A stretch of 32,000 bases of DNA from Prochlorococcus marinus subsp. pastoris str. CCMP1986 (GTDB lineage Bacteria > Cyanobacteriota > Cyanobacteriia > PCC-6307 > Cyanobiaceae), in NCBI RefSeq assembly GCF_000011465.1, contig NC_005072.1:990001-1022000 (forward strand), in the 5' to 3' direction. Under the pieces are notes generated by a model. The model ran no database searches. It had not been told where the DNA came from and saw nothing but the letters and a program-made list of their open reading frames with translations. The position numbers were made by a program, and so were the translations under genes. Positions 19,999-30,196 of the stretch are shown here, piece by piece. Every line of letters begins with the position of its first letter. The first letter of the stretch is position 1.

Positions 19999-21471
19999 TT
20001 AAGAGAAAGTGTTATTTATTGTTGTTGGATATTGAATTCTTCTATGTCTAATTCTTTTCCAAACATTTAAAAAAGATTTTTTTATTAGAAAAATTTCTCC
20101 CTTGGAAAGATCACTATCATTTAACTGACCATCAACTTGCCTTGAATAAAATATTTTGGATATTGTTTCTATTGCTTCAGAATCAGAAGCATTAATATCC
20201 ATTGCTCTTAAGGCCGCTTCACATCCGTCGGCAAGCATCAAGATAGCAGTTTCTTTGGATTGAGGGATAGGACCTTTATATCTAAAATCACTCTCATTAA
20301 AATTTAATTTTTTCTCTTCAGCTTTATTAAGAAAATATCCCATTTTAAGAGTTCCTTGATGTTCTGGGATGAAATTAGCTATTGGTTTTGGTAATCTATT
20401 TTTTCTTGCAAATTTCAGTCCTTCATCTACGTGGGCTTGTAAAACCTCTGCGCTTTTTAAAGGATCATCAATTTCATCATGTGGATTAACCCCACCATCT
20501 TGATTCTCAATGAACCAATTTGGAGCATGTAATTTCCCAACATCATGATATAGAGAACCTGTTTTGATAAGATCAATATCACCTCCAATAATTCTTGTCG
20601 CCTCTTCAGCTAGACCACATATCAACAAAGTATGTTCAAAAGTTCCTGGGGCTTCAATAGAGAGTCTTCTAATAAGAGGTTTTTCTTTATCAGCCAATTC
20701 CAATAATCTTGCCTTTGTTAACAATCCAAATACGGACTCAAAAATAGGGATAAATAATATTGTTATGAGCATTATTATTGCCAATAACAGAGAATCAGAA
20801 AATATTTTGCCATTTGAAGTAAAAATTTCTTGGTTATCCAAAAAGGAATATTCCTCATTTCCAATTAGTAACCATTGAGAAATCAATGCCCCGATTGGAA
20901 CAAATATTGAGAGTTGAAGTAACTGAGCTCTACTCCTTATTCTTCCGCCAAGAACTGAAACAAAACATGCGCAAATCAATGTTATGAGTAGAAGATAACT
21001 ATTAATATTTGTCAGAGACTCTGGCCAACTTAGGCTTGCTATTGAGACCCAAGCTAAAGCAGTTATGGTTCCCATACCTTGAGAAATAATTAAAGCAGGA
21101 GGTATGATGATTGATAAAGGACTAAATCCTGATCCAAATATATTTTTTATCATTTGAACAAATAATAGTAGTGAAATAATTAAAAGGATTTGTCTTGAAT
21201 TAATATTTGGATTTTCTTTTCTAGAAACTAGTATTAAAAATCCGCAAGTAAATAAGACTTCACTAAAATTAATGCCCCAAGACAAAAAATCTGAACCTTC
21301 TAAAGGTTGAACAAGAAGAATTTCATAGGAAGATATTATGGAGATAACAATACATATTAGGAAGATAATTAATTTATCTATTTTTGAAATTTGAATAGGA
21401 TTCTGTGAAGGGAATTGACTTCTGTTCCATAAGTTATTTAATTTTTTTATAATTCTTGTTGTATTTTGCAC
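19999..21471 (-). CDS. membrane-bound HD-domain phosphohydrolase (7TM-HD, PgpH/YqfF-like)
   Basis: 490 aa. N-terminal multi-TM region, then APGTFEHTLLICGLAEEAT, GSLYHDVGKLHAPNWFIENQ, VQAHVDEGLKFARKNRLPKPIANFIPEHQGT, and ILMLADGCEAALRA (HD superfamily motifs). Confidence 0.85.
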   Translation of the reverse strand: MQNTTRIIKKLNNLWNRSQFPSQNPIQISKIDKLIIFLICIVISIISSYEILLVQPLEGSDFLSWGINFSEVLFTCGFLILVSRKENPNINSRQILLIISLLLFVQMIKNIFGSGFSPLSIIIPPALIISQGMGTITALAWVSIASLSWPESLTNINSYLLLITLICACFVSVLGGRIRSRAQLLQLSIFVPIGALISQWLLIGNEEYSFLDNQEIFTSNGKIFSDSLLLAIIMLITILFIPIFESVFGLLTKARLLELADKEKPLIRRLSIEAPGTFEHTLLICGLAEEATRIIGGDIDLIKTGSLYHDVGKLHAPNWFIENQDGGVNPHDEIDDPLKSAEVLQAHVDEGLKFARKNRLPKPIANFIPEHQGTLKMGYFLNKAEEKKLNFNESDFRYKGPIPQSKETAILMLADGCEAALRAMDINASDSEAIETISKIFYSRQVDGQLNDSDLSKGEIFLIKKSFLNVWKRIRHRRIQYPTTINNTFS

Positions 21472-21545
21472 AGAATAGAATTAAATCGAATTGATTAATT
21501 TAAAATTATAGGCATGCTAGGAGTAAAAAGGAGAAGTTTTTCTAA

Positions 21546-22442
21546 ATGTCATTAAAACTAGATGGTAAAAAATTATCCCTAGAAATAGAAGAAAGATTAA
21601 GAAATTATATTCTTACTAATAAAACAATTGCAAAAAGAAATCCTGGTTTGGCTGTAATAAGAATTGGCGAAGATCCCGCAAGCGGAGTTTATGTAGGTAA
21701 CAAAGAAAAAGCTTGTTCAAGAGTTGGAATAAAGAGTTATATTTTTCATCTAAAAGATACAGTAGAGCAAAAAGAAGTTGAACAATTATTAAATAAATTA
21801 AATCTTGATAATAATATTGATGGAATGTTATTACAACTTCCCATATCAAAGAAATTTGATGAACAAAGATTGATAAGTTTCATTAATCCAGAAAAAGATG
21901 TAGATGGATTAAATGAGCAAAATATTGGGAAGTTAGTAAAAAATGAACAGGCAATGAGATCTTGCACACCAGCTGGGATCGTAAATTTACTAAAATCTCA
22001 AAATATTAAAATTGAAGGAAAAAAAATTGTTGTTATTGGAAGAAGTTTGTTAGTTGGGAAACCCCTATCTCTTATGATGTTGAATCTTAATGCGACGGTG
22101 ACAATAACTCATTCAAAAACTATAAATTTAAATAAAATATGCAAAGAAGCAGATATATTAATCGCTGCCGCAGGAAAACCTAACCTCATAAACTCAAGTT
22201 TCGTTAAAGAGGGAGCTGTAATTATTGATGTTGGAATACATAGATTAACAAGTTCCGACAAAAGCAAAACCAGATTATGTGGAGATGTATTATTAGAAGA
22301 TGTCATTCCCAAAGTATTTGCATACACCCCCGTCCCTGGGGGGGTTGGACCAATGACAGTAACAATGTTACTAGTAAATACTATTTTCAGCTGGCAAAAA
22401 CAATTTGGTTTATCATCAACTCTTAATGACCTGCTGCCATAA
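21546..22442 (+). CDS. folD: bifunctional methylenetetrahydrofolate dehydrogenase/cyclohydrolase
   Basis: 298 aa. [65 protein letters not shown], and [17 protein letters not shown]. Confidence 0.96.
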   Translation: MSLKLDGKKLSLEIEERLRNYILTNKTIAKRNPGLAVIRIGEDPASGVYVGNKEKACSRVGIKSYIFHLKDTVEQKEVEQLLNKLNLDNNIDGMLLQLPISKKFDEQRLISFINPEKDVDGLNEQNIGKLVKNEQAMRSCTPAGIVNLLKSQNIKIEGKKIVVIGRSLLVGKPLSLMMLNLNATVTITHSKTINLNKICKEADILIAAAGKPNLINSSFVKEGAVIIDVGIHRLTSSDKSKTRLCGDVLLEDVIPKVFAYTPVPGGVGPMTVTMLLVNTIFSWQKQFGLSSTLNDLLP

Positions 22443-22479
22443 AGCTAACGATGCAGAAAAACATTACTCAACGTAAAAA

Positions 22480-23382
22480 ATGACAGAAGTTATAAATAAT
22501 ATTCCAGATTTTGAAAAATATCTAACAGACACAAAAAAAGTCGTCGAAGAAGCTCTTGATTTCTCATTAGGCCCCGAGAACCCAGAAATCCTTAGGGAAT
22601 CAATGAGATATTCTCTCCTGGCTGGAGGAAAAAGGATACGTCCAATTTTATGTCTAGCTTCTTGTTCACTAGCAGGAGGTGAACCCTCTCTAGCAGTTCC
22701 TACAGCAGTTGCCATAGAAATGATTCATACCATGTCATTGATTCATGATGATTTACCTGCGATGGACAATGACGGCTTTAGAAGAGGAAGACCTACTAAT
22801 CATAAAGTTTACGGCGATGCAATAGCTATTCTGGCTGGTGATGCATTACTAACGAGAGCCTTTGAAATGGTCTCATTAAGAAGCCCTGGCGTTGATTCCA
22901 ATAGATTATTAAATGTAGTTGGAGAACTTTCCCTTGTAGCAGGAGCACCCGGACTAGTTGGTGGTCAAGTTGTTGATTTGGAATGCGAAGGTAAAGAAGT
23001 TGACCTCGAAACCCTTGAATATATACATCTTCATAAGACCGGTGCATTATTAAAAGCCTCTGTCAGAACTGGAGCAATGATTGCAGGAGCTAATGAAGAA
23101 TTATTAAATGCCCTAACTACTTATGCAGAGGGTATTGGTTTAGCATTCCAAATAATAGATGACATCCTTGATTTAACTTCAAGTAGTGAGAAACTTGGTA
23201 AAACAGCAGGTAAAGATCTTTTAGCAGATAAAACTACTTATCCCAAATTACTTGGGATGGAAGAATCAAAGAAAAAAGCTTTCGATTTAGTGGACCAAGC
23301 TAAGAAAGCAATTGAGCCTTGGGGTTTAAATGCAAAATATTTAATCTCCTTAGCTGATTTCATTACAAATAGAGATAGGTAA
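22480..23382 (+). CDS. crtE: geranylgeranyl/polyprenyl diphosphate synthase
   Basis: 300 aa. [42 protein letters not shown] (FARM-type DDxxxxD region), and [11 protein letters not shown] (second Asp-rich motif). Confidence 0.93.
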   Translation: MTEVINNIPDFEKYLTDTKKVVEEALDFSLGPENPEILRESMRYSLLAGGKRIRPILCLASCSLAGGEPSLAVPTAVAIEMIHTMSLIHDDLPAMDNDGFRRGRPTNHKVYGDAIAILAGDALLTRAFEMVSLRSPGVDSNRLLNVVGELSLVAGAPGLVGGQVVDLECEGKEVDLETLEYIHLHKTGALLKASVRTGAMIAGANEELLNALTTYAEGIGLAFQIIDDILDLTSSSEKLGKTAGKDLLADKTTYPKLLGMEESKKKAFDLVDQAKKAIEPWGLNAKYLISLADFITNRDR

Positions 23383-23396
23383 AGAGTTTTTAACTT

Positions 23397-23876
23397 ATGT
23401 CAGAATTTTCAGCTTTCTTCGATAATTCAGTTCTTTTCTGGAGTTTATTAGCTTGTTTAATAGCTCAATTTTTAAAAATTATATTTAATTTCTTTGCAAC
23501 AGGAAAGGTTAGATTTGAAATTATGTTTGAAACAGGAGGGATGCCCTCAAGTCATTCTGCTTTAATAACTGGGGCTACATCAGGAATAGGTTTTCAATTA
23601 GGCTTTGATAACCCAATATTTGCATTAGCTATTGCACTTTCACTCATTGTTATGTACGACGCAAGTGGGGTTAGAAAATCAGCCGGTATTCAGGCTGCAG
23701 AGATTAACAAACTATCAAAAAAATTAGATCCCAAATCTCAAGTTGCTTTAAAAGAAACTCTTGGTCATACAAAATTTGAGGTTATTATAGGAAGTCTTTT
23801 AGGTCCAATAATCACATTACCAGGAATTGTGTTTATAGGTTCTCCTCTCAACATAATTGATTTGATAATAAATTAA
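23397..23876 (+). CDS. divergent PAP2 family membrane protein (acid phosphatase/VanZ-related, DUF212)
   Basis: 159 aa. GGMPSSHSALITGATSGIG, VMYDASGVRKSAGIQAAEIN, and KETLGHTKFEVIIGSLLG. Confidence 0.88.
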   Translation: MSEFSAFFDNSVLFWSLLACLIAQFLKIIFNFFATGKVRFEIMFETGGMPSSHSALITGATSGIGFQLGFDNPIFALAIALSLIVMYDASGVRKSAGIQAAEINKLSKKLDPKSQVALKETLGHTKFEVIIGSLLGPIITLPGIVFIGSPLNIIDLIIN

Positions 23877-25267
23877 GCATCTTGAGAATAATTAACTTGT
23901 GTAGCATCTACGAAGTTTTTTGCAGCTTCTTGGCAACTTGGTAAATGTAAATGAATCCAACTTGCATGTAATTTTTTATCTGACCAACCTTCTTTTTTAA
24001 ATTTAGTCTCCCACGATTTAATTTCCCATGGAGAAAATAATTGGCTATGATTCTCATTCTTTTTTAAATCAAATTCTGAGGAGGCTCGTTCAACTTCCCA
24101 ATAATGAAATTCATGCCCTCTAATTGTTTGATTTTGTTTAATTATTGGAGTATCTTTTAAACCCTTTATATATCTATAACCTACCGACAAATTACTTTTT
24201 TTAGACTTAAAAGGTAATATTCCGCTCATTTTATGATTAATACCATTTTCATCTTTAATTAGGTCTCCTAAGATCATCATTCCTCCACACTCTGCATAAA
24301 TAAATCCTTTTTTACGGAATTCTCTTAATGACTTTAAGCTTTTATCTGAATCACTTATATGACCAGCATATTTTTCGGGAAACCCTCCTGGAATAATTAA
24401 AGATGAAGCCTCATTTGGAATTTCTTCATTATTAAAAATGCTCCATGGAATTAGTGGAATTCCTATTTCATCAAGAAAATCCCTCGTTTCAGGGTATTGA
24501 AAATGAAAGATTTTGTCCTCTGCAATTACGATAGGTTTCTTTTTATTTATTTTAAAATCTTTACAACTATTGGTATTTAATATATTTTTTTTTGAAGGAG
24601 ATTTCAGAAATTTACATAGAGAAACAACATCAAGATTTTTTTCAGCAAAACCTGCAAAATAATCAACATCAATTTTTCTATCACTATCAAAGGGAGAAAT
24701 TAAACCTAAATTAGCCTTGTTAACATTTATTTTTGAATCGGAAGGTAAAAACCCAAGGATTTGGATATCCTCATTTTTAAAAACTTCTGTAATTAATTTT
24801 TTATGTCTATCTGAATTCACGTTATTAAATATAATTCCTTTTATTGATAATTTATTATCAAAATCTCTAAAACCTCTAAATGTTGGAAGAAGAGAGGCTA
24901 CTTGACCTTTAGCATTAACAATAAAAATTATTGGAGTATCAAGAAGTTTGGCAACATTTGCAGTACTTGAATAAGAAGTTGCACCTAATCCATCAAAAAG
25001 ACCCATAGCTCCCTCTATCAATGAGAATTCATATTTCAAAGAATGCTTTAAAAAATTTTTTTGAACCCATTTTTCACCACTTAAAAAAATATCCAAATTC
25101 CGACAAATGGGTTGGCCAATTGAACTAAGTTGTTGTTGATCAAGATAATCTGGTCCCACCTTGAAAGTTTGTATTTTTATCCCTTTTGAAAAAGCCCAAC
25201 AAGAAATCAAAAGAGATAAAGTAGTTTTCCCACTATCAGTTGAAGGAGAAGATATTACACAAGGCAT
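23873..25267 (-). CDS. cobB: cobyrinic acid a,c-diamide synthase
   Basis: 464 aa. ISSPSTDSGKTTLSL, FKVGPDYLDQQ, IEGAMGLFDG, and a glutamine-amidotransferase-like domain with PGGFPEKYAGHISD and YAECGGMMILGD. Confidence 0.93.
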   Translation of the reverse strand: MPCVISSPSTDSGKTTLSLLISCWAFSKGIKIQTFKVGPDYLDQQQLSSIGQPICRNLDIFLSGEKWVQKNFLKHSLKYEFSLIEGAMGLFDGLGATSYSSTANVAKLLDTPIIFIVNAKGQVASLLPTFRGFRDFDNKLSIKGIIFNNVNSDRHKKLITEVFKNEDIQILGFLPSDSKINVNKANLGLISPFDSDRKIDVDYFAGFAEKNLDVVSLCKFLKSPSKKNILNTNSCKDFKINKKKPIVIAEDKIFHFQYPETRDFLDEIGIPLIPWSIFNNEEIPNEASSLIIPGGFPEKYAGHISDSDKSLKSLREFRKKGFIYAECGGMMILGDLIKDENGINHKMSGILPFKSKKSNLSVGYRYIKGLKDTPIIKQNQTIRGHEFHYWEVERASSEFDLKKNENHSQLFSPWEIKSWETKFKKEGWSDKKLHASWIHLHLPSCQEAAKNFVDATQVNYSQDA

Positions 25268-25277
25268 TTAATTTCTT

Positions 25278-26579
25278 TTATTTATTAAAACCATTAAATA
25301 TTTGAACTGCGACCTTAATAGCATTTTCAAAAAGTGGACTAGTATTTCCTCTACTACTTCCCAATAACTTACTTACATCAGATTCTGATGAAGAAAAAGA
25401 GTTTGGAACAACTTGCTCTATTAATTGCATATCAGCCATACCTCCAGCTTCAAGTCTCATACATTCAACAGATTCACACCCAAGAATTACACAAGTATTG
25501 TTTTTACGAACCTCACTAATTTTAGAAATCAACCTTAATCCAATAACTTGGCCTGAATGAATACTTGGATTTCCCAAAGGTACAGGGTTTATACATGTCA
25601 AAATATTCTCGCCATTCTTTCTTTTAAATTCTATTTTTATTAAATCTCCATGTTTATTTATTTTTGAAAATACCCATTCTAGTTTGTCACTAATCCACGA
25701 AATTAGAAGTAAAGCTTGAAGAAAATTACCTTCTGCTATATCTATATCAATATCTGAAATATGTTCTAATATAGGTCTCCTGGATGGAGGATCAAAAATC
25801 ATTGCTAATGATTCACGCCAACTTTTAAGTCTTACCCAATTTAAATCATTAATAGCCTTATTTGATTTTATTGATTGATAGAGGATTTTTAAGCATCTTT
25901 TGGGCGACCCATTTGCACTATCAATAATTAACCTAATACCCTGATCTGTGAAAAAATTAAAAATTTCTTGTGATTCATCAAGGCTGCCATTCCACCATAA
26001 CCAAATAGGTAAATCTTTAATAGATAGGTCATCAATAATTTTCAATCCTTTATTGTTAATAGAATTAGAGTCACCCCTTATGACGACCAAATCGCCACAG
26101 ATAGGTTGAGTTATAGTGTTATCACTAAGTGGGCAATATGCAGATACAAAAGTTTTTATCTCTGATTCTTTATTTAAAGTTGGTGCTAAGGTAATTAATC
26201 TTCTAGGATTTAAAGTGCTTATTGAAGATTCAAAGAATTGCCCTCTTAAGTCTTCGTAATCTTTATTTAATAAATTTTCCTTTAACAAAGTCAATAACTC
26301 TTCACTATGTATAGAAGTAGTATGTGATAATCCTTTATCTATAATTAATTTTTTAGCAACTTTTATTATCTCTGGACTTAATGTTCCAGTAATTGGTCCA
26401 CTTATTAAGCCTGATTTAACTAAACATTGTTCAAGCCATGCAGGCTGCCAGACCATCAAAGTAAAAGTATTTGCTCCAACACTTTCTTCATCTTCAGAAA
26501 TCCATAATTGATTTAAATAATTAGATATTTCTTGATGAGGTAGTTCTAATGGGGTTTGAAGTGTTAATTGAGGTTTCAT
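25278..26579 (-). CDS. opcA: glucose-6-phosphate dehydrogenase assembly protein OpcA
   Basis: 433 aa. Position immediately downstream of zwf, plus the OpcA-like segments RGDSNSINNKGLKIIDDLSIKDLPIWLWWNG and NDLNWVRLKSWRESLAMIFDPP. Confidence 0.9.
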   Translation of the reverse strand: MKPQLTLQTPLELPHQEISNYLNQLWISEDEESVGANTFTLMVWQPAWLEQCLVKSGLISGPITGTLSPEIIKVAKKLIIDKGLSHTTSIHSEELLTLLKENLLNKDYEDLRGQFFESSISTLNPRRLITLAPTLNKESEIKTFVSAYCPLSDNTITQPICGDLVVIRGDSNSINNKGLKIIDDLSIKDLPIWLWWNGSLDESQEIFNFFTDQGIRLIIDSANGSPKRCLKILYQSIKSNKAINDLNWVRLKSWRESLAMIFDPPSRRPILEHISDIDIDIAEGNFLQALLLISWISDKLEWVFSKINKHGDLIKIEFKRKNGENILTCINPVPLGNPSIHSGQVIGLRLISKISEVRKNNTCVILGCESVECMRLEAGGMADMQLIEQVVPNSFSSSESDVSKLLGSSRGNTSPLFENAIKVAVQIFNGFNK

Positions 26580-26586
26580 TATAAAA

Positions 26587-28110
26587 TTAGGGTCTGCGCC
26601 AAAAAATATTATCTTTGGAAAGTAATTGATCTGATTCAGGAGGTCCCCAAGTCATTGATTCGTATTTATGAATAGGTAACTTCCAAGGAGCGTCTTCCAT
26701 TAATTCTATTAATGGTGTATAAAGTTTCCAAGCAGCTTCTACCTCATCACTCCTTGTAAACAAGGTAGGATCTGAGAGCATGGCATCAGCCAACAACCTT
26801 ACATAACCTTCGTCAGAAGGCTCTCCAAAAGATTCATCGTAAGAAAATTCCATTTCAACTGGTCTTGCTTTCATCCCAGATCCAGGTGATTTGACTTCAA
26901 ATTTAAAAGTAGCTCCTTCATTAGGCTGAATCCTAAGAATAAGCTGATTTGGCGCAGGATTAATTATTGTTGATTCAAATAAATGTACTGGGACATCTTT
27001 AAATGTTAATACAATTTCCCCAAGTCTTTTCGGTAGTCTTTTACCTGTTCTTAAGAAGAAAGGAACTCCTTGCCATCGCCAATTATCAATAAATACTTTT
27101 GTTGCAATATAAGTTTCTGTTGTACTGTTCAAATTTACTCCATCTTCATCCCTATAACCTTTAAGTCTTTTAAGACTATTACCTCCTTGTGCATACTGAC
27201 CTCTGACACAGCAATTCCAGGGTTCATTCTCATCGGCAAGTTTTGAAGCTTGAAGAACTTTTGCTTTTTCATTTCTTATTGCCTCAGGTTCAAATTTACC
27301 AGGAGGCTCCATCGCTGTTACAGCAAGCATTTGAGTTAAATGATTTTGGAGCATATCTCTTAAAGCCCCAGAGCTTTCATAATAACCAGCTCTATCTTCA
27401 ACCCCAACAGTTTCCGATGATGTTATTTGAACACTTGAAATATAATTCCTATTCCATATAGGTTCAAAAATAGTATTAGCAAACCTCATAACAAGTATGT
27501 TTTGAACAGTCTCTTTCCCCAAATAATGATCTATTCGATATATCTGACTTTCATCTGCACAACTTTGAACGATCTTATTTAATTTCTTCGCACTTGAATA
27601 ATCTCTTCCAAAGGGTTTTTCAATAACGATTCGACTTTTCTTCGGATCATCTAGTAATCCAGCAGCCTTTAGAGCCTTACATCCACTTCCATAAAAGTTT
27701 GGAGATACTGATAAGTAAAAGGTGTTATTTCCATGTGTAGCCTGTAATTTATCAATCTCATTTAATCTTTTGGAAAGTCTTACTACATGATCACTTTGCT
27801 GCAAATCAACTGGTTCGTAGAATAGATAATTTGAAAACTGTTCCCATTCCTTTTCATTGTCAGATATTTGATCAGCTAACTTACCCTTCATTTTTTCCTT
27901 AAAATCTTGATCACTCCAAGGCCTTCTTGCACATCCAACTATGGCGAATTCACTTGGGATCCTTCTTTGCAGATAAAGTTCAAATAAGGCAGGTATAAGT
28001 TTCCTATGAGTAAGATCTCCACTAGCTCCAAATATTATTAGGCATTGTGGAGATATCACTCTTTCTTGTCGCAAACCTAATCTAAGAGGATTACTTAAGG
28101 TTGAGGACAT
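26587..28110 (-). CDS. zwf: glucose-6-phosphate 1-dehydrogenase
   Basis: 507 aa. IIFGASGDLTHRKLIPALFEL, RIVIEKPFGRD, YRIDHYLGKETVQNILVMRFAN, and RTGKRLPKR. Confidence 0.97.
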   Translation of the reverse strand: MSSTLSNPLRLGLRQERVISPQCLIIFGASGDLTHRKLIPALFELYLQRRIPSEFAIVGCARRPWSDQDFKEKMKGKLADQISDNEKEWEQFSNYLFYEPVDLQQSDHVVRLSKRLNEIDKLQATHGNNTFYLSVSPNFYGSGCKALKAAGLLDDPKKSRIVIEKPFGRDYSSAKKLNKIVQSCADESQIYRIDHYLGKETVQNILVMRFANTIFEPIWNRNYISSVQITSSETVGVEDRAGYYESSGALRDMLQNHLTQMLAVTAMEPPGKFEPEAIRNEKAKVLQASKLADENEPWNCCVRGQYAQGGNSLKRLKGYRDEDGVNLNSTTETYIATKVFIDNWRWQGVPFFLRTGKRLPKRLGEIVLTFKDVPVHLFESTIINPAPNQLILRIQPNEGATFKFEVKSPGSGMKARPVEMEFSYDESFGEPSDEGYVRLLADAMLSDPTLFTRSDEVEAAWKLYTPLIELMEDAPWKLPIHKYESMTWGPPESDQLLSKDNIFWRRP

Positions 28111-28223
28111 ATCTTTTTATAAGTCTTATATAGATAAAATCGTCTTTTTTGGACTAATTAGCTACATTTTGTGTCTAAACCAAAAAAGTCTTTAATTTAT
28201 TAAAAAAATTTTTATAGGAATAT

Positions 28224-29345
<1,122 letters not shown>

Positions 29346-29490
29346 TTATTTATACTAAGAGATTATCAATTTGTATATTAATTTGTATGTGTTTTATAAA
29401 AATGGTTACGTTTTGAGATCGGAATATTTAATTATAAATCTTTCCATTTTTAAATTTTTATAAATTTTATCGGTATAGTTACACAGGAAT

Positions 29491-29513
29491 AATTTTTTAT
29501 TTAATAAAAAATT
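29491..29513. repeat. 23-nt perfect A/T palindrome 5 nt upstream of the SRPBCC start codon
   Basis: AATTTTTTATT-T-AATAAAAAATT: 11-nt arms that are exact reverse complements around one central base. It sits between a candidate AGGAA (29485-29489) and ATG (29519-29521). Confidence 0.75.
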
Positions 29514-29518
29514 CATCT

Positions 29519-30055
29519 ATGAATAATTCTCAAAGATCAGTAACTCATTCTCAAAATGGTGATTATAGGACAATTGAGCAGACCATGGAAAAGCTTTCTG
29601 GAGGAACAAGAAGGCTTGCTGCTCAGTTAACTACTTCTGCGACTTTCAACTCACTATGGAATGTTCTAACTGATTATGACCGCCTAAATCTCTATATCCC
29701 AAATTTGTTATCTAGTAGAAAAATTTATAAAAATAATAATAATGTTCATCTAAAACAAGTTGGTGCTCAAGATTTCCTTGGAATGAAATTTTCTGCGGAA
29801 GTTACTATTGATTTATTCGAAGAGAAAGAACTTGGTTTATTAAAATTTAGTCTAATTAAAGGAGATTTCAGAAGATTTGAAGGGAGCTGGAAAATTAAAA
29901 AAATAAAAGACACTTCAAAAAACTCATTAATTTATGATCTGACTGTACAAGGTTGTCAATGGATGCCAATAGGAATGATAGAAAAAAGGTTAAAAAAAGA
30001 CCTTTCTGAAAATTTGATTGCAGTAGATAAGCAAGCAAAAGCCTCAATAAAATAA
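29519..30055 (+). CDS. SRPBCC (polyketide cyclase/dehydrase, START-like) family protein
   Basis: 178 aa. SATFNSLWNVLTDYDRLNLYIPNLLSSRKI, KQVGAQDFLGMKFSAEVTIDLFE, and FRRFEGSWKI. Confidence 0.8.
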   Translation: MNNSQRSVTHSQNGDYRTIEQTMEKLSGGTRRLAAQLTTSATFNSLWNVLTDYDRLNLYIPNLLSSRKIYKNNNNVHLKQVGAQDFLGMKFSAEVTIDLFEEKELGLLKFSLIKGDFRRFEGSWKIKKIKDTSKNSLIYDLTVQGCQWMPIGMIEKRLKKDLSENLIAVDKQAKASIK

Positions 30056-30082
30056 ATAATTAAAATTTTGAAAATTAATTTA

Positions 30083-30155
30083 TAGCCCCAAGGGGATTCG
30101 AACCCCTGTCGCCTCCGTGAAAGGGAGGTGTCCTAGGCCTCTAGACGATGGGGCC
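30083..30155 (-). tRNA. trnE: tRNA-Glu (anticodon UUC)
   Basis: Minus strand GGCCCCATCGTCTAGAGGCCTAGGACACCTCCCTTTCACGGAGGCGACAGGGGTTCGAATCCCCTTGGGGCTA. It folds as a cloverleaf: 7-bp acceptor (GGCCCCA/TGGGGCT), CCTCC-CTTTCAC-GGAGG anticodon arm with TTC, and AGGGG-TTCGAAT-CCCCT T-arm. CCA is not encoded. Confidence 0.97.
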
Positions 30156-30196
30156 AAGGAAATAGCTTAATAGCTAATAAAAAATTAGGAGTAAAG

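Noticed and set aside
673-23876. Convergent stop-codon overlaps (673-676 and 23873-23876) as unusual regulatory arrangements
   Set aside because: Four-base convergent overlaps are common in streamlined genomes and show no further structure.
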